A DNA stretch of 64,000 bases, from assembly GCA_041687695.1 (NCBI GenBank), contig JAWLBL010000004.1, positions 160,001 to 224,000 on the forward strand, in the 5' to 3' direction. A program made the position numbers and the translations under genes. Under the pieces are notes generated by a model. That model made no database searches and was not told where the DNA came from. It worked only from the letters and a program-made list of their open reading frames with translations. How positions within the stretch are numbered: the first letter of the stretch is position 1; the number at the start of each line of letters is the position of its first letter. Shown one piece after another: positions 45,296-55,299 of this stretch. This stretch comes from Myxococcota bacterium. Lineage in GTDB: Bacteria; Myxococcota_A; UBA9042; PHBI01; JAWLBL01.

Positions 45296-45436
45296 GGCTC
45301 GGCTCCCTCGGCGAGGTCGAATGCGCAGGACTTCTAACGGGTCGGCCCCCGTCGGGCAAGGACGCAGGTCGCCCGCTCGGCGGTCGGCCGGCGGCCGGTT
45401 TCATCGGCGCCGGCCCCTGTGCTAGGCTCGTCCGCC

Positions 45437-46057
45437 ATGAACCCCATCACCACGCGCTCACTGATCGGGCCGCTCGCGGCCCTCGGCATCCTCTTTGCGG
45501 CGTCTACGGCCCTCGCGGGCGACGACGGGGCCAGGGCCGGCAACACGCCCAAGGAGCGGCTCGCCCGGGGTGAGGTCGTGATCTCGACCAAGAAGGTCGC
45601 CGGCAGCGACATCCCGTCGATGAAGGCGATGGCGGTCATCGACGCGCCGGCCGAGCGGCTGTGGAAGATCGTGGACGACTGCGCGAACTACAAGAAGACG
45701 ATGCCGCGCATCGTGGCCAGCGAGGAGGTCTCGCGCAAGGGCAACAAGGTGCGCTGCAAGACCACGCTGGAGATGCCGTTCCCGCTCGACAACCTGACCG
45801 CGACGACCGAGGCCACCCTGACCGTGCAGCCCGGAAAGCAGTTCAAGCGCGCGTGGACGCTGGTCGAGGGCGACTTCAAGCGCAACACGGGCAGCTGGAC
45901 CCTGCTGCCCTACGAGGACGGCAAGAAGACGCTGGCCATCTACGAGGTCCACGCCGAGCCGAACATCGCGGTGCCGGACGCCATCCAGAAGGCGGCGCAG
46001 CGCAAGAGCGTGCCGCAGCTCTTCGAGCGGCTGCGCAAGCAGGTCGAAGAGAAGTAG
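45437..46057 (+). CDS. Secreted SRPBCC/START domain protein
   Basis: Signal peptide; IDAP...W, GDFK.N.GSW. Confidence 0.8.
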   Translation: MNPITTRSLIGPLAALGILFAASTALAGDDGARAGNTPKERLARGEVVISTKKVAGSDIPSMKAMAVIDAPAERLWKIVDDCANYKKTMPRIVASEEVSRKGNKVRCKTTLEMPFPLDNLTATTEATLTVQPGKQFKRAWTLVEGDFKRNTGSWTLLPYEDGKKTLAIYEVHAEPNIAVPDAIQKAAQRKSVPQLFERLRKQVEEK

Positions 46058-46074
46058 CTGGCGCGCCGCGGGCC

Positions 46075-46515
46075 TCAGCCCCACCAGGCGACGAGGCGCT
46101 CGCCGAAGGCCGCCAGGATCGAGAAGCGCACGACGCGACCGGCGAAGGCGATGGGGACCACGTGCAGCAGCGGCACCTGGAAGCCGGGCGCCAACGCGAC
46201 CAGGGCGATGACCGGGGGCACGCCCAGGATGGCGGCGACGCCGCTGGCCGGCAGGTAGGCGCGCTCGAGCCTCTCCTGGAAGCGGTCCCGCACCCGGACG
46301 ACCTGCCGGTCGAGCCAGGCCCAGCGCGTCATGGCCTGGGCCCCGCCGAAGTACAGCAGGACGTACATCGCCGTCTGCGCCGCGCCGATGAGCAGGCCGA
46401 CCGCCAGCGGGTGCCAGCCCAGCTGCGACCCGTAGAGGATGGCCGTCAGCTCGGCGTTCACCACCCAGAACACCGAGCCGACGAACCCGATCCCGAGCAG
46501 GCTGGCTAGCTCCAT
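46075..46515 (-). CDS. Small membrane protein (DedA/YqaA-like)
   Basis: Hydrophobic; G.PP and GRVVRF motifs. Confidence 0.65.
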   Translation of the reverse strand: MELASLLGIGFVGSVFWVVNAELTAILYGSQLGWHPLAVGLLIGAAQTAMYVLLYFGGAQAMTRWAWLDRQVVRVRDRFQERLERAYLPASGVAAILGVPPVIALVALAPGFQVPLLHVVPIAFAGRVVRFSILAAFGERLVAWWG

Positions 46516-46611
46516 GAAGCGGTCGGCCCCTGACGAAGGGGGCCGCGCAGGCGATGCCTGGCGGCCCCGGGTCTAGCCCTCGCGCGCGCCGGCGGCGGCC
46601 GGCGGTCGCGG

Positions 46612-47661
46612 CTACTTGCGGTTGATGGTGACCTTCTTGGTGCTGGCCAGCGCCTGGGCCTGCGCCTTCACCACCGCCTTGCAGCGGAACTCGTACACCT
46701 CTTGGATCGTGAAGGCGCCGACCCCCGGGATGGTGCCCGAGTCCCCCTGCTTCACGTTGTGGGCCTTGCCGCGGTTGAGCACCAGCGCGGTCGAGGCGCC
46801 CTGGGGGACGACCTGCACCACGGAGGCGCTGATGGGCCCGGTCGTGCTGGGCTTGTCGTCGACGCACTTGTCGTCGACGCACTTCTGACCGGCGCCGCAG
46901 GCCGGGTCGCAGCCCTTCTTGACCGGCTCGGGCTTGGCGATGCACTGGCCGCGGATGCAGCTCTCGTTCTTGTCGCACTTCTTGCCGTAGCAGGGGTCCT
47001 GCACGCACTCGTTCGACCGCGTGTTGCAGTACTCACCGCGCTTGCAGCCGCCCCCGCAGGGCTTTTCGCACTTGCCCTCGACGCACTCCCAGCCGCGGCG
47101 GCAGGCGGGCTTGCACTCCTTGACCTCGGGCTCGGGCTTGGCGATCTCGAAGCACTCGCCCTCTTTGCAGATCTCGTCGTCGTCGCACTCGACGTTGGCG
47201 CACGGGTCCTTGGGCTTGCTCGCCAGCGCGTAGCTGACCTTGTACGTCGACTGCCCCTTGGTCGCGTCCAGCTTCACCAGGTAGGTGACGCCGCCCTTGG
47301 CCTCGAAGACCAACGTGTAGTCGATGGTGTTCGGGCGGATGCCCGCGGCCGTGATCTGGCGGGCGCTGGTGTCGTAGATGGTCGCGTTGCCCGTCAGGCC
47401 GTGCGAGCCCTTGAAGGGGTCGCCGACGCGCAGCTTGACGGTGACCTTGCCGTCCTCCATCGGCGTGATGCTCTTCCAGTCGACCTTGTCGCCGCGGCCG
47501 TGGTTGAGCTCGTCCTCGATCTCGAGGTCCGACACGATGCGCATCGCGCTCTCGTGGGTGTCGTCGACGTCCTTGTAGGGCTGCGGGCAGCCGGCGAGTC
47601 CGAAGAGCCCGAGGCAGACGGCTGCGGTGAGAGCGGTACGGGCGAGGCGGCGGACGGTCAC
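46612..47661 (-). CDS. Cys-rich lipoprotein with a PPC-like N-terminal domain
   Basis: LAGC lipobox, GDKVDW, repeated C..C..G.C units. Confidence 0.75.
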   Translation of the reverse strand: MTVRRLARTALTAAVCLGLFGLAGCPQPYKDVDDTHESAMRIVSDLEIEDELNHGRGDKVDWKSITPMEDGKVTVKLRVGDPFKGSHGLTGNATIYDTSARQITAAGIRPNTIDYTLVFEAKGGVTYLVKLDATKGQSTYKVSYALASKPKDPCANVECDDDEICKEGECFEIAKPEPEVKECKPACRRGWECVEGKCEKPCGGGCKRGEYCNTRSNECVQDPCYGKKCDKNESCIRGQCIAKPEPVKKGCDPACGAGQKCVDDKCVDDKPSTTGPISASVVQVVPQGASTALVLNRGKAHNVKQGDSGTIPGVGAFTIQEVYEFRCKAVVKAQAQALASTKKVTINRK

Positions 47662-47889
47662 GAATCGAGCTCCTTGGGTCGGGACGCGGTCCCGGCAGGG
47701 ATACCACAGCTGCCGGGGTCGCGCCAACCGACGGAAAAGGCAGGCTTCAGCGTGGCGCCCGCCGTGGCGCCCGGCGGCGGGCCGAACACGGCTGACAGGC
47801 GCCGGGCCCTGTGTTAAGCACCCCGCGCCTGCGGCGGCCGACGGTTCCAACGATGGCCGCCCGCCTCAACCCGAGCGAGACGGCCTGCC

Positions 47890-48888
47890 ATGGAATACTC
47901 GGTCACCCTCATCCCCGGCGACGGCATCGGCCCCGAGGTCACGGAGGCCGCGGTCCGCGTCATCGAAGCGGTCGGCGTGCGCATCCTGTGGGACCGCGTC
48001 GAGGCCGGTCCGGGCGCGGTGGAGCGATACGGCAGCCCGCTGCCCGACCACGTCATCGACAGCATCAAGCAGCACCGCGTCGCCCTCAAGGGGCCCGTCA
48101 CCACCCCGGTGGGGCGCGGGTTCCGCAGCGTCAACGTGTCGCTGCGCCAGGCGCTCGACCTGTACGTCAGCCTGCGCCCGGTCGACACGCTGCCCGGCGT
48201 GAAGACGCATCACGAGGACGTCGACCTCGTCGTGTTCCGCGAGAACACCGAGGGCCTGTACGCCGGCATGGAGCACGAGCCCGTGCCCGGCGTCGTCGAG
48301 AGCCTGCGCATCATCACCGAGGAGGCCTCGCGCCGCTTCGCCCGCTTCGCCTACGAGTACTGCCGGTACGAGGGGCGCCGCAAGGTGCACCTCGTGCACA
48401 AGGCGTCCATCATGAAGCTGTCGGACGGGCTCTTCCTCGACACGGCGCGCGAGGTCGCCAGCGACTACCCGTACATCCAGACCGAGGACATCCTGACCGA
48501 CCGGCTGTGCATGGAGCTGGTCCTCGACCCGACGCAGTTCGACGTCCTCGTGATGGAGAACCTGTTCGGCGACCTCATGAGCGACCTGTGCGCGGGCCTC
48601 GTCGGCGGGCTCGGCCTCGTCCCGGGCGCCAACATCGGCGACAAGTACGCCGTCTTCGAGGCCGTCCACGGCAGCGCCCCCGACATCGCCGGGCGCGGCA
48701 TCGCCAACCCCATCGCCATCATCCGCTCGGCGGCCCTCATGCTGCGCCACATGGGCGAGCGCGAGGCGTCGCGCCGCGTCGAGCGCGCCGTCCGGACCGT
48801 CCTCGAGAAGGGCGAGCACCTGACGGGCGACCTCGGCGGCAAGGCCACGACGCGCCAGATCACCGACGCCATCATCGCGGAGCTCTGA
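47890..48888 (+). CDS. NAD-dependent isocitrate dehydrogenase family, catalytic-type subunit
   Basis: PGDGIGPE, RENTEGLY, NLFGDLMSD, FEAVHGSAPDIAG. Confidence 0.9.
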   Translation: MEYSVTLIPGDGIGPEVTEAAVRVIEAVGVRILWDRVEAGPGAVERYGSPLPDHVIDSIKQHRVALKGPVTTPVGRGFRSVNVSLRQALDLYVSLRPVDTLPGVKTHHEDVDLVVFRENTEGLYAGMEHEPVPGVVESLRIITEEASRRFARFAYEYCRYEGRRKVHLVHKASIMKLSDGLFLDTAREVASDYPYIQTEDILTDRLCMELVLDPTQFDVLVMENLFGDLMSDLCAGLVGGLGLVPGANIGDKYAVFEAVHGSAPDIAGRGIANPIAIIRSAALMLRHMGEREASRRVERAVRTVLEKGEHLTGDLGGKATTRQITDAIIAEL

Positions 48889-48892
48889 ACCC

Positions 48893-49894
48893 ATGACGCA
48901 CACCGTTACGCTCATCCCCGGGGACGGCATCGGGCGCGAGGTCGCGGCGGCCACCCGCCGCCTGGTCGCCGCCACCGGCGTGACCATCGAGTGGGAAGAG
49001 GTCTCGGCGGGGCTGCAGGCCTTCAACCGCAGCGGCAACCCGATGCCCGACGACACCGTCGCCAGCATCCGGCGCAACCGCGTCGCGCTGAAGGGGCGCA
49101 TCCTGACGCCGGTGGGCAAGGGCTACGAGAGCCCCAACGTGCGGCTGCGCAAGGAGCTGAACCTGTTCGCGGCCGTGCGCCCCATCAAGTCGCAGCCGGG
49201 CGTGCCGTCGCGTTATCGGGACGTCGATCTGGTCATCATCCGCGAGACCACCGAGGACGTGTACGCGGGCATCGAGCACCGCGTCGTCCCGGGGGTCGTG
49301 CAGAGCCTGAAGATCACGACGGCGACCGCCTGCCGGCGCGTCATCCGCTTCGCCTTCGAGTTCGCCCGGGCCCACGGCCGCAAGCAGCTGACGCTGGTCC
49401 ACAAGGCCAACATCATGAAGCAGTCCGACGGGCTCTTCATCCGCTGCGGCGAGGAGATCGCGCGCGACTTCCCGGACGTGACCTTCAAGACCATCATCGC
49501 CGACAACGCCTGCATGCAGATGGTGCGCTACCCCGAGCAGTTCGACGTGCTGGTCGCGCAGAACCTGTTCGGCGACCTGCTCAGCGATCTGGGCGCCGGC
49601 CTGGTGGGCGGCATCTCGGCGGTCTACGGCCTGCTGCGCGACGACAGCGACATCCACGTCTTCGAGGCCATCCACGGGCTCGCGCACGAGCTCGAGGGCC
49701 AGGGCGTCGCCAACCCGCTGACCTTCATCCGCCCGGCCGTCGAGCTGCTGCGCCACCTGGGCGAAGGCGACGCCGCCAGCGCCATCGACCGGTCCATCGC
49801 GGCCACGCTCGAGGCGGGCATCAAGACCCGCGATCTCGGCGGCGAGGCCTCGACCGAGGGCTTCGTCGACGCGCTCATCGCGCGCCTGGGCTGA
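48893..49894 (+). CDS. IDH family paralogue, possibly a regulatory subunit
   Basis: PGDGIG, HKANIMK, DNACMQ, NLFGDLLSD; NAD-binding loop degenerate (HGLAHELEG). Confidence 0.85.
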   Translation: MTHTVTLIPGDGIGREVAAATRRLVAATGVTIEWEEVSAGLQAFNRSGNPMPDDTVASIRRNRVALKGRILTPVGKGYESPNVRLRKELNLFAAVRPIKSQPGVPSRYRDVDLVIIRETTEDVYAGIEHRVVPGVVQSLKITTATACRRVIRFAFEFARAHGRKQLTLVHKANIMKQSDGLFIRCGEEIARDFPDVTFKTIIADNACMQMVRYPEQFDVLVAQNLFGDLLSDLGAGLVGGISAVYGLLRDDSDIHVFEAIHGLAHELEGQGVANPLTFIRPAVELLRHLGEGDAASAIDRSIAATLEAGIKTRDLGGEASTEGFVDALIARLG

Positions 49895-50025
49895 GCGAAG
49901 CGCCGGGGCGGCCGTCCAAGCGGCGGTCGCCCTGTCGCGATGACCTCGAGGCCGGGCAGCAGGCGGCCCGGCGCGGCGCTCCATCGGCCGGAGGGGGCGC
50001 CCGCCTCGGCGGCGGGCGGACGGCG

Positions 50026-50547
50026 TCAGTCGCCCATCTTCTTGGCGCGGCGCAGGGCGTCGAGCGTCTTCTGGTACTCGATCTCGTAGTCGCTCGTGCC
50101 TTCCTGCAGGTTCTTGATGCGCTTCTTCACTTCCTTGTCGAGCGCGGTGTCGACGCCCAGCTCGCGCTTCAAGACCGGCACCATGACGCGGCGGAGGTCG
50201 TGATCCTCGCCGTAGACCTCGTCGACGTTCTTGCTCTGCAGCAGGATCTCGACGATCTGGTGGGTGATCCAGTCGAGGGCCTCGTCGCCGAGCTTGAAGG
50301 CCTTCTCCTGCGCGAGCTGCTGCTTGAGCTTCTGGGTCGCCGAGTAGTCCAGCCCGCGCAGGGCGACCAGATCACGCGCCTTCTCGGAGAGATCGTGGTC
50401 GACGCGCCGGTACTCCTTGAGGACGCTCGCCACGTCGAGCTCGACCTCCTCGCGCAGCTCCGGGTCGACCTCGATGAGCTCGTCGGCGATCAGGGCGCCG
50501 ACGATGTCCTTGGCGATGCTCGGGATTCTCTCGCGGTAGATGCGCAT
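50026..50547 (-). CDS. DUF507 family protein
   Basis: MRIYRERI...; LDKEVKKRIKNLQEGT..YEIEY. Confidence 0.8.
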   Translation of the reverse strand: MRIYRERIPSIAKDIVGALIADELIEVDPELREEVELDVASVLKEYRRVDHDLSEKARDLVALRGLDYSATQKLKQQLAQEKAFKLGDEALDWITHQIVEILLQSKNVDEVYGEDHDLRRVMVPVLKRELGVDTALDKEVKKRIKNLQEGTSDYEIEYQKTLDALRRAKKMGD

Positions 50548-50690
50548 GGGGGGCCCTCCGGGCGTCAGGGGCGCGGCTCATATCACAGGCGCTCGCCTCT
50601 GTCAGCACCCGTGCGCGTGCTAACGACGCGGCGCGCGCCCCGTGATGCTGCGCGTTGCGGCCGGCGCGCGGCGGCGCTACGTTGGCCCTC

Positions 50691-51296
50691 GTGATCCGCC
50701 TCGCACCATCGCTCCTCGCCCTCGTCGCGTCCGCCGCCCTGGCCTCGGGCTGTGACCAGGGCGGCGGCCAGGTTCACGGCGAGCTGCTCGAGGTCTCGAG
50801 CTGCCGCGCGCACGACGAGCGCCGCATCTTCGCGCCCTTCGACCTCGAGCTCGACTTCCTCGGGACCGAGCTGGACGTCGAGACGCTGACCCTGCGCTTC
50901 GCGCCGCGGCTGCGCCTGACGCCTCCGACCGACACGCTGGTCGTCATCGTCGAGAACCTGCGCGACGTGCGCCGGGTCATCCGCGACGAGGGCCTCGTCA
51001 CGCTGCCCATCCGCGCCAGCGTCGTCCACGACCCCACCGAGGTTCGCGTGGGGCTGGCGCTGCTCGAGACGTGCCCGGCCTCGCGCGAATCCCTGGCCGG
51101 CACCAACGGCACGGCGACGTTCAGGTCCATCGGCGCCGACAAGGGCGATCTCGTCGACGGCGAGCTGACCTTCGAGGTGGTGGACATGCGGACGAACACC
51201 ATCGTCGGCCAGGGCTTCCACGCGACCTTCGACTTCGAGGTCGGCCTCGGCACGCCCTACCAGCAGTTCAACGACCCGCAGTCGCAACGCCACTGA
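50691..51296 (+). CDS. Hypothetical lipoprotein
   Basis: ASGC lipobox; coding-like codon usage. Confidence 0.7.
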   Translation: MIRLAPSLLALVASAALASGCDQGGGQVHGELLEVSSCRAHDERRIFAPFDLELDFLGTELDVETLTLRFAPRLRLTPPTDTLVVIVENLRDVRRVIRDEGLVTLPIRASVVHDPTEVRVGLALLETCPASRESLAGTNGTATFRSIGADKGDLVDGELTFEVVDMRTNTIVGQGFHATFDFEVGLGTPYQQFNDPQSQRH

Positions 51297-51418
51297 TCGC
51301 CGGCGCGCGCCCAGCGCTGCCGTGAGTCCGTGACGTGCGGGTGTCACGGGCGCGCCCGAACGGCGAATCGGGACTTTGATCACGCCGCCGATCCCGGTAG
51401 ACTCCGCGCTCCTACGGA

Positions 51419-53410
51419 GTGCGCATGACCAACAGAGCGGCGACGAAGACGTGGGCAGGGTGGGCCCGCGTGATGCTGGGGGTGGGGACGCTCGCGTGGT
51501 CCTTCGGGGCTTGCAGTGACCCGCAGAGCGGCAGCCCGGGTCCCGGCCCGGTCGACACCCCCGGCACCTTCGACGGCACCTCGGCCGACGTGGTCGACGC
51601 GACGCCGGACACCACGAAGTCCGACGATACCGACGCCGTCGAGAGCGACGTCGTGTCGTGCAAGCCGTTCGTGGTCGAGTGCGCCGGGCCGCTCAGCCAG
51701 CGCCAGTGCTCGGCGACCGGGGACGCGTGGCTCGAGGCCAAGTGCCCGACCGGCAAGGGCTGCGTGGACGGGCAGTGCGTCGACCAGGTCTGCACGCCGC
51801 TCGCGAGCAGCGGCGAGTGCATCGACGCGGTCAGCCACCAGCGCTGCAACGCCTCGGGCACCGCCGAGGAGGTCGTGACCTGCGGCGACGGCACCAAGTG
51901 CCACAAGGGCATCTGCATCCAGTCGCTGTGCAAGCCGAACACCCGCATCTGCAAGGGCCCGAGCCAGGTCTACGTCTGCGACCCCTCGGGCGACGCGTGG
52001 GTCGACGGCGAGGTCTGCCCCAAGGGCGGCCTGTGCAACCAGGGGCAGTGCCTGAGCCCGTGCGAGGTGAACATCAAGGACGGGTCCTACCTGGGCTGCG
52101 ACTACTGGGCGATGGATCTCGACAACATCGAGGAGTCCAAGGACGCCACCGTCGGCGTCGTGGTCTCGGTCCCGGCCGCGACCAGCGCGTCCAACGTCAA
52201 GATCACCGACAACGCGACGGGCGCCATCGTCGCCAACACCGTCGTGCAGGCCGGGCAGGTGCAGATCTTCTCGCTGCCGGGCGACTCGGGCATCGACGGG
52301 ACGATCCGCACCAACAAGACCTTCCACATCGAGACGACCTCGCCCGTCGCGGTCCACCAGTTCAACCCGCTCAATGGCACGGGCGTGTACACCAACGACG
52401 CCTCGCTGCTGCTGCCGTCGAACGTGACGGGGCAGGACTACCTCGTCATGTCGTGGCCCCACCGCAACGACGGCACGCTGCTGCGTGGCTTCGTGACGGT
52501 CATCGCGACGCAGCCCGGGGCGACCAACATCGGCTTCACGCCGACCGCGCCGGTGGTGGGCGGCGGCGGCATCTCGGCCTTGAACGCGGGCACGCCCTAC
52601 CTCTTCACGCTGCAGCGGGGCGAGGCCATCAACTTCGAGACCGACGGGCCGCACGGCGTCGATCTGACGGGCTCGCACATCAAGGCCGACCAGAAGATCA
52701 GCGTCATCGCCGGCCACGAGTGCGGCAACGTGCCGCTGGGCATCACGGCCTGCGACCACATGGAGCAGCAGCTCTTCCCCGTCGAGACCTGGTCGACCCA
52801 CTACATCGCCGACACGTTCAAGGCGCGCAGCCCCTCGCAGGTCGACATCTTCCGGGTGATGGCGGGCGCCAACGACGTGACGGTCAAGACGGCGCCGCCG
52901 GTGCCGGGCTACGAGGAGTTCCGCCTGCAGCGCGGCGGCTGGATCCAGTTCTCGGCGGCCGAGAGCTTCGAGGTGAAGGCGGACGGGCCGATCCTGGTCG
53001 GGCACTACCTGACGGGGGCCAAGTACCCCGGGGCGATCCCGAACCCGGCCTGCGTCGAGTCCGCGGTCGGAAAGCCCGAGCCCCTGGGCGACCCGGCGTT
53101 CACGCTGGCGGCGCCCGTCAAGCGGTACCTCAAGGAGTACGCCGTGCTCACGCCCAGCGGCTACCTCGAGAACTACCTCAACATCGTCGCGCCGACGGGC
53201 ACGACCGTGACCATCGACAACCTGGCCCTGTCGGTGCCGTGGCAGGCCATCCCGGGCACGGGTTACGCCATCGCGCGCCAGCCGGTGCAGCCGGGGGTCC
53301 ACACGGTGGTCGGCTCCAAGTCGTTCGGCCTGACGGCCTACGGCTACGACTGCAACGTCAGCTACGCCTACCCCGGGGGCCTCAAGCTCCAGGGGTTCGA
53401 GGGGAACTGA
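51419..53410 (+). CDS. IgGFc-binding domain Cys-rich lipoprotein
   Basis: FGAC lipobox, GCDYWA.DLDN, NDASLLLP, DHMEQQLFP, SYAYPGG; exact start uncertain. Confidence 0.85.
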   Translation: MRMTNRAATKTWAGWARVMLGVGTLAWSFGACSDPQSGSPGPGPVDTPGTFDGTSADVVDATPDTTKSDDTDAVESDVVSCKPFVVECAGPLSQRQCSATGDAWLEAKCPTGKGCVDGQCVDQVCTPLASSGECIDAVSHQRCNASGTAEEVVTCGDGTKCHKGICIQSLCKPNTRICKGPSQVYVCDPSGDAWVDGEVCPKGGLCNQGQCLSPCEVNIKDGSYLGCDYWAMDLDNIEESKDATVGVVVSVPAATSASNVKITDNATGAIVANTVVQAGQVQIFSLPGDSGIDGTIRTNKTFHIETTSPVAVHQFNPLNGTGVYTNDASLLLPSNVTGQDYLVMSWPHRNDGTLLRGFVTVIATQPGATNIGFTPTAPVVGGGGISALNAGTPYLFTLQRGEAINFETDGPHGVDLTGSHIKADQKISVIAGHECGNVPLGITACDHMEQQLFPVETWSTHYIADTFKARSPSQVDIFRVMAGANDVTVKTAPPVPGYEEFRLQRGGWIQFSAAESFEVKADGPILVGHYLTGAKYPGAIPNPACVESAVGKPEPLGDPAFTLAAPVKRYLKEYAVLTPSGYLENYLNIVAPTGTTVTIDNLALSVPWQAIPGTGYAIARQPVQPGVHTVVGSKSFGLTAYGYDCNVSYAYPGGLKLQGFEGN

Positions 53411-53414
53411 GGCC

Positions 53415-55223
53415 ATGGAAGTGACCGCGCCCATCTCGCGTCGCCCGATGTCTCCCAGGGCCACGTCCCCGCTGCTGCCGAGCCTGTTCATGGCGGCTTG
53501 CCTGGCCCTCGCCGGCTGCGACAGCCCCAGCGGAGGCGGCGGGCCGGGTTGGTCCGTCGACCCGGACGCGGCCACGTGCCAGCCGTCGTGTCACTTCAAG
53601 CAGTGTGGCGACAACGGCTGCGGGGGCACCTGCGGCTTCTGCATGCCCGGGCTCGAGTGCAAGTCCTTCCAGTGCGTGGCGCCCGGCGAGGAGCCCGACG
53701 TCATCATCCCTCCGGCGGACGCGGGCGGCAGCGACGCCGGCGCACAGCCGGAGCTGCCGGTGAGCGGCAGCGACGGCGACGGCGACGGCGTGCCGGACAG
53801 CATCGACAACTGCCAGTTCATCTACAACCCCACCCAGGCCGACATGGACGGGGACAAGCTGGGCGACGCCTGCGACCCCGACATCGACGGCGACGGCTAC
53901 TTCAACGAGTTCGACTGCGCGCCGACCAACAAGAAGGTCCACCCCGGGGCCAAGGAGCTGTGCGGCAACGGCATCGACGACAACTGCAACGGCGACACCG
54001 ACGAGGAGGACGCCTGGGACTGCACGCCCTACTACATCGACGCCGACAACGACGGGGCCGGCGCGTCGAGCACCCGGCGCTGCCTGTGCGCCCCGGACGT
54101 GCAGCACAAGGTGAAGGTCGCGGGCGACTGCAACGACAACGACCCCAGCCTGTCGCCCCTGCTGCCGGAGAAGTGCGACGACATCGACAACAACTGCAAC
54201 ATGCTGGTCGACGAGGGCTGCGACGACGACGGTGACGGCTTCTGCGACGCCACCATGGTGGTCGTCGGCACCCCGGCGGTCTGCCCCAACGGCGGCGGCG
54301 ACTGCTACGACTACTCGCCCGCCGTCTACCCGGGCGCGCCCGAGATCGAGGCCGACGGCATCGACAACAACTGCGACGGCACCAAGGCGGGCGAGCCGAC
54401 GGGCGGCGGGCCCATCGTGCCGGACTGCACCGGCATGCCCTGCACCGGCACCAGCAGCCAGGCGTTTCTGTGCGCGCTCGAGATCTGCTACCCGGACCTG
54501 CTCATCAGCGCGGCGGCGTCGAGCCCCATCGGGTCGAGCATCAGCTCGGCCTGGACGGCCATGAGTCACTATGGCAGCGCGACGAACGACCTCACCCCGT
54601 TCGCCGGGCCTTCGTACGGTGTCATGGCATCCGGCAATGTCTCGGCGACGGGGGACTCGCACCAGGACCAACTCGGCGGCTCTGGGTTCGACAAGTTCGA
54701 GGCCGGCAGCAGCATCCATGACAGCGTCGAGTTCAAGGTGACGCTGAAGGCGCCGCCGGGGGCCACCGGGTTCTCCATCGACTACATCTTCATGTCGGCC
54801 GAGTACCACGAGTGGGTGGGCAGCTCGTACAACGACAAGTTCTACATGATCCTCAAGGCCCCGCAGACGACCGGGGGCGTCGAGAAGGTCATCAACTTCA
54901 CGGACTGCTCGAACCCCAACAGCTACTGGGACATCATCCAGAACGGCAAGAAGTACTGCTACATCGCCATCAACAGCGCCTTCTCCGAGCCGTGCCCCGT
55001 CGCCCCCACCAACATCAGCGGCACCGGGCACGAGTGCTCGTCGGGCGGCAGCTCGACCGGCTGGCTGCAGACCTCGTGGCCCATCAAGGAGAACGAGGTC
55101 TTCGAGCTGACCTTCCACATCCACGATACGGCCGACATGGCCTACGACTCGACCGTGGTCATCGACAACTTCCGTTGGGAAGGCGGCACGTTCCAGCAGG
55201 GCACGTCGGCCTCGCACAACTGA
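53415..55223 (+). CDS. Cys-rich lipoprotein with TSP3/MopE-like repeats and a choice-of-anchor-L-like C-terminal domain
   Basis: LAGC; DGDGVPD..DNC; DNNC repeats; FMSAEY.E..GS.YNDKF; D..YDSTV.ID. Confidence 0.82.
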   Translation: MEVTAPISRRPMSPRATSPLLPSLFMAACLALAGCDSPSGGGGPGWSVDPDAATCQPSCHFKQCGDNGCGGTCGFCMPGLECKSFQCVAPGEEPDVIIPPADAGGSDAGAQPELPVSGSDGDGDGVPDSIDNCQFIYNPTQADMDGDKLGDACDPDIDGDGYFNEFDCAPTNKKVHPGAKELCGNGIDDNCNGDTDEEDAWDCTPYYIDADNDGAGASSTRRCLCAPDVQHKVKVAGDCNDNDPSLSPLLPEKCDDIDNNCNMLVDEGCDDDGDGFCDATMVVVGTPAVCPNGGGDCYDYSPAVYPGAPEIEADGIDNNCDGTKAGEPTGGGPIVPDCTGMPCTGTSSQAFLCALEICYPDLLISAAASSPIGSSISSAWTAMSHYGSATNDLTPFAGPSYGVMASGNVSATGDSHQDQLGGSGFDKFEAGSSIHDSVEFKVTLKAPPGATGFSIDYIFMSAEYHEWVGSSYNDKFYMILKAPQTTGGVEKVINFTDCSNPNSYWDIIQNGKKYCYIAINSAFSEPCPVAPTNISGTGHECSSGGSSTGWLQTSWPIKENEVFELTFHIHDTADMAYDSTVVIDNFRWEGGTFQQGTSASHN

Positions 55224-55247
55224 CCTCGGCCGAGCGCTCCAAGCGAC

Positions 55248-55281
55248 GAGGCCCGCCGCCGGGGTGACCGGGGCGGGCCTC
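55248..55281. terminator. GC-rich hairpin between convergent genes
   Basis: GAGGCCCGCC...GGCGGGCCTC. Confidence 0.55.
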
Positions 55282-55299
55282 TCGCGTCTTCGGCGCGGG

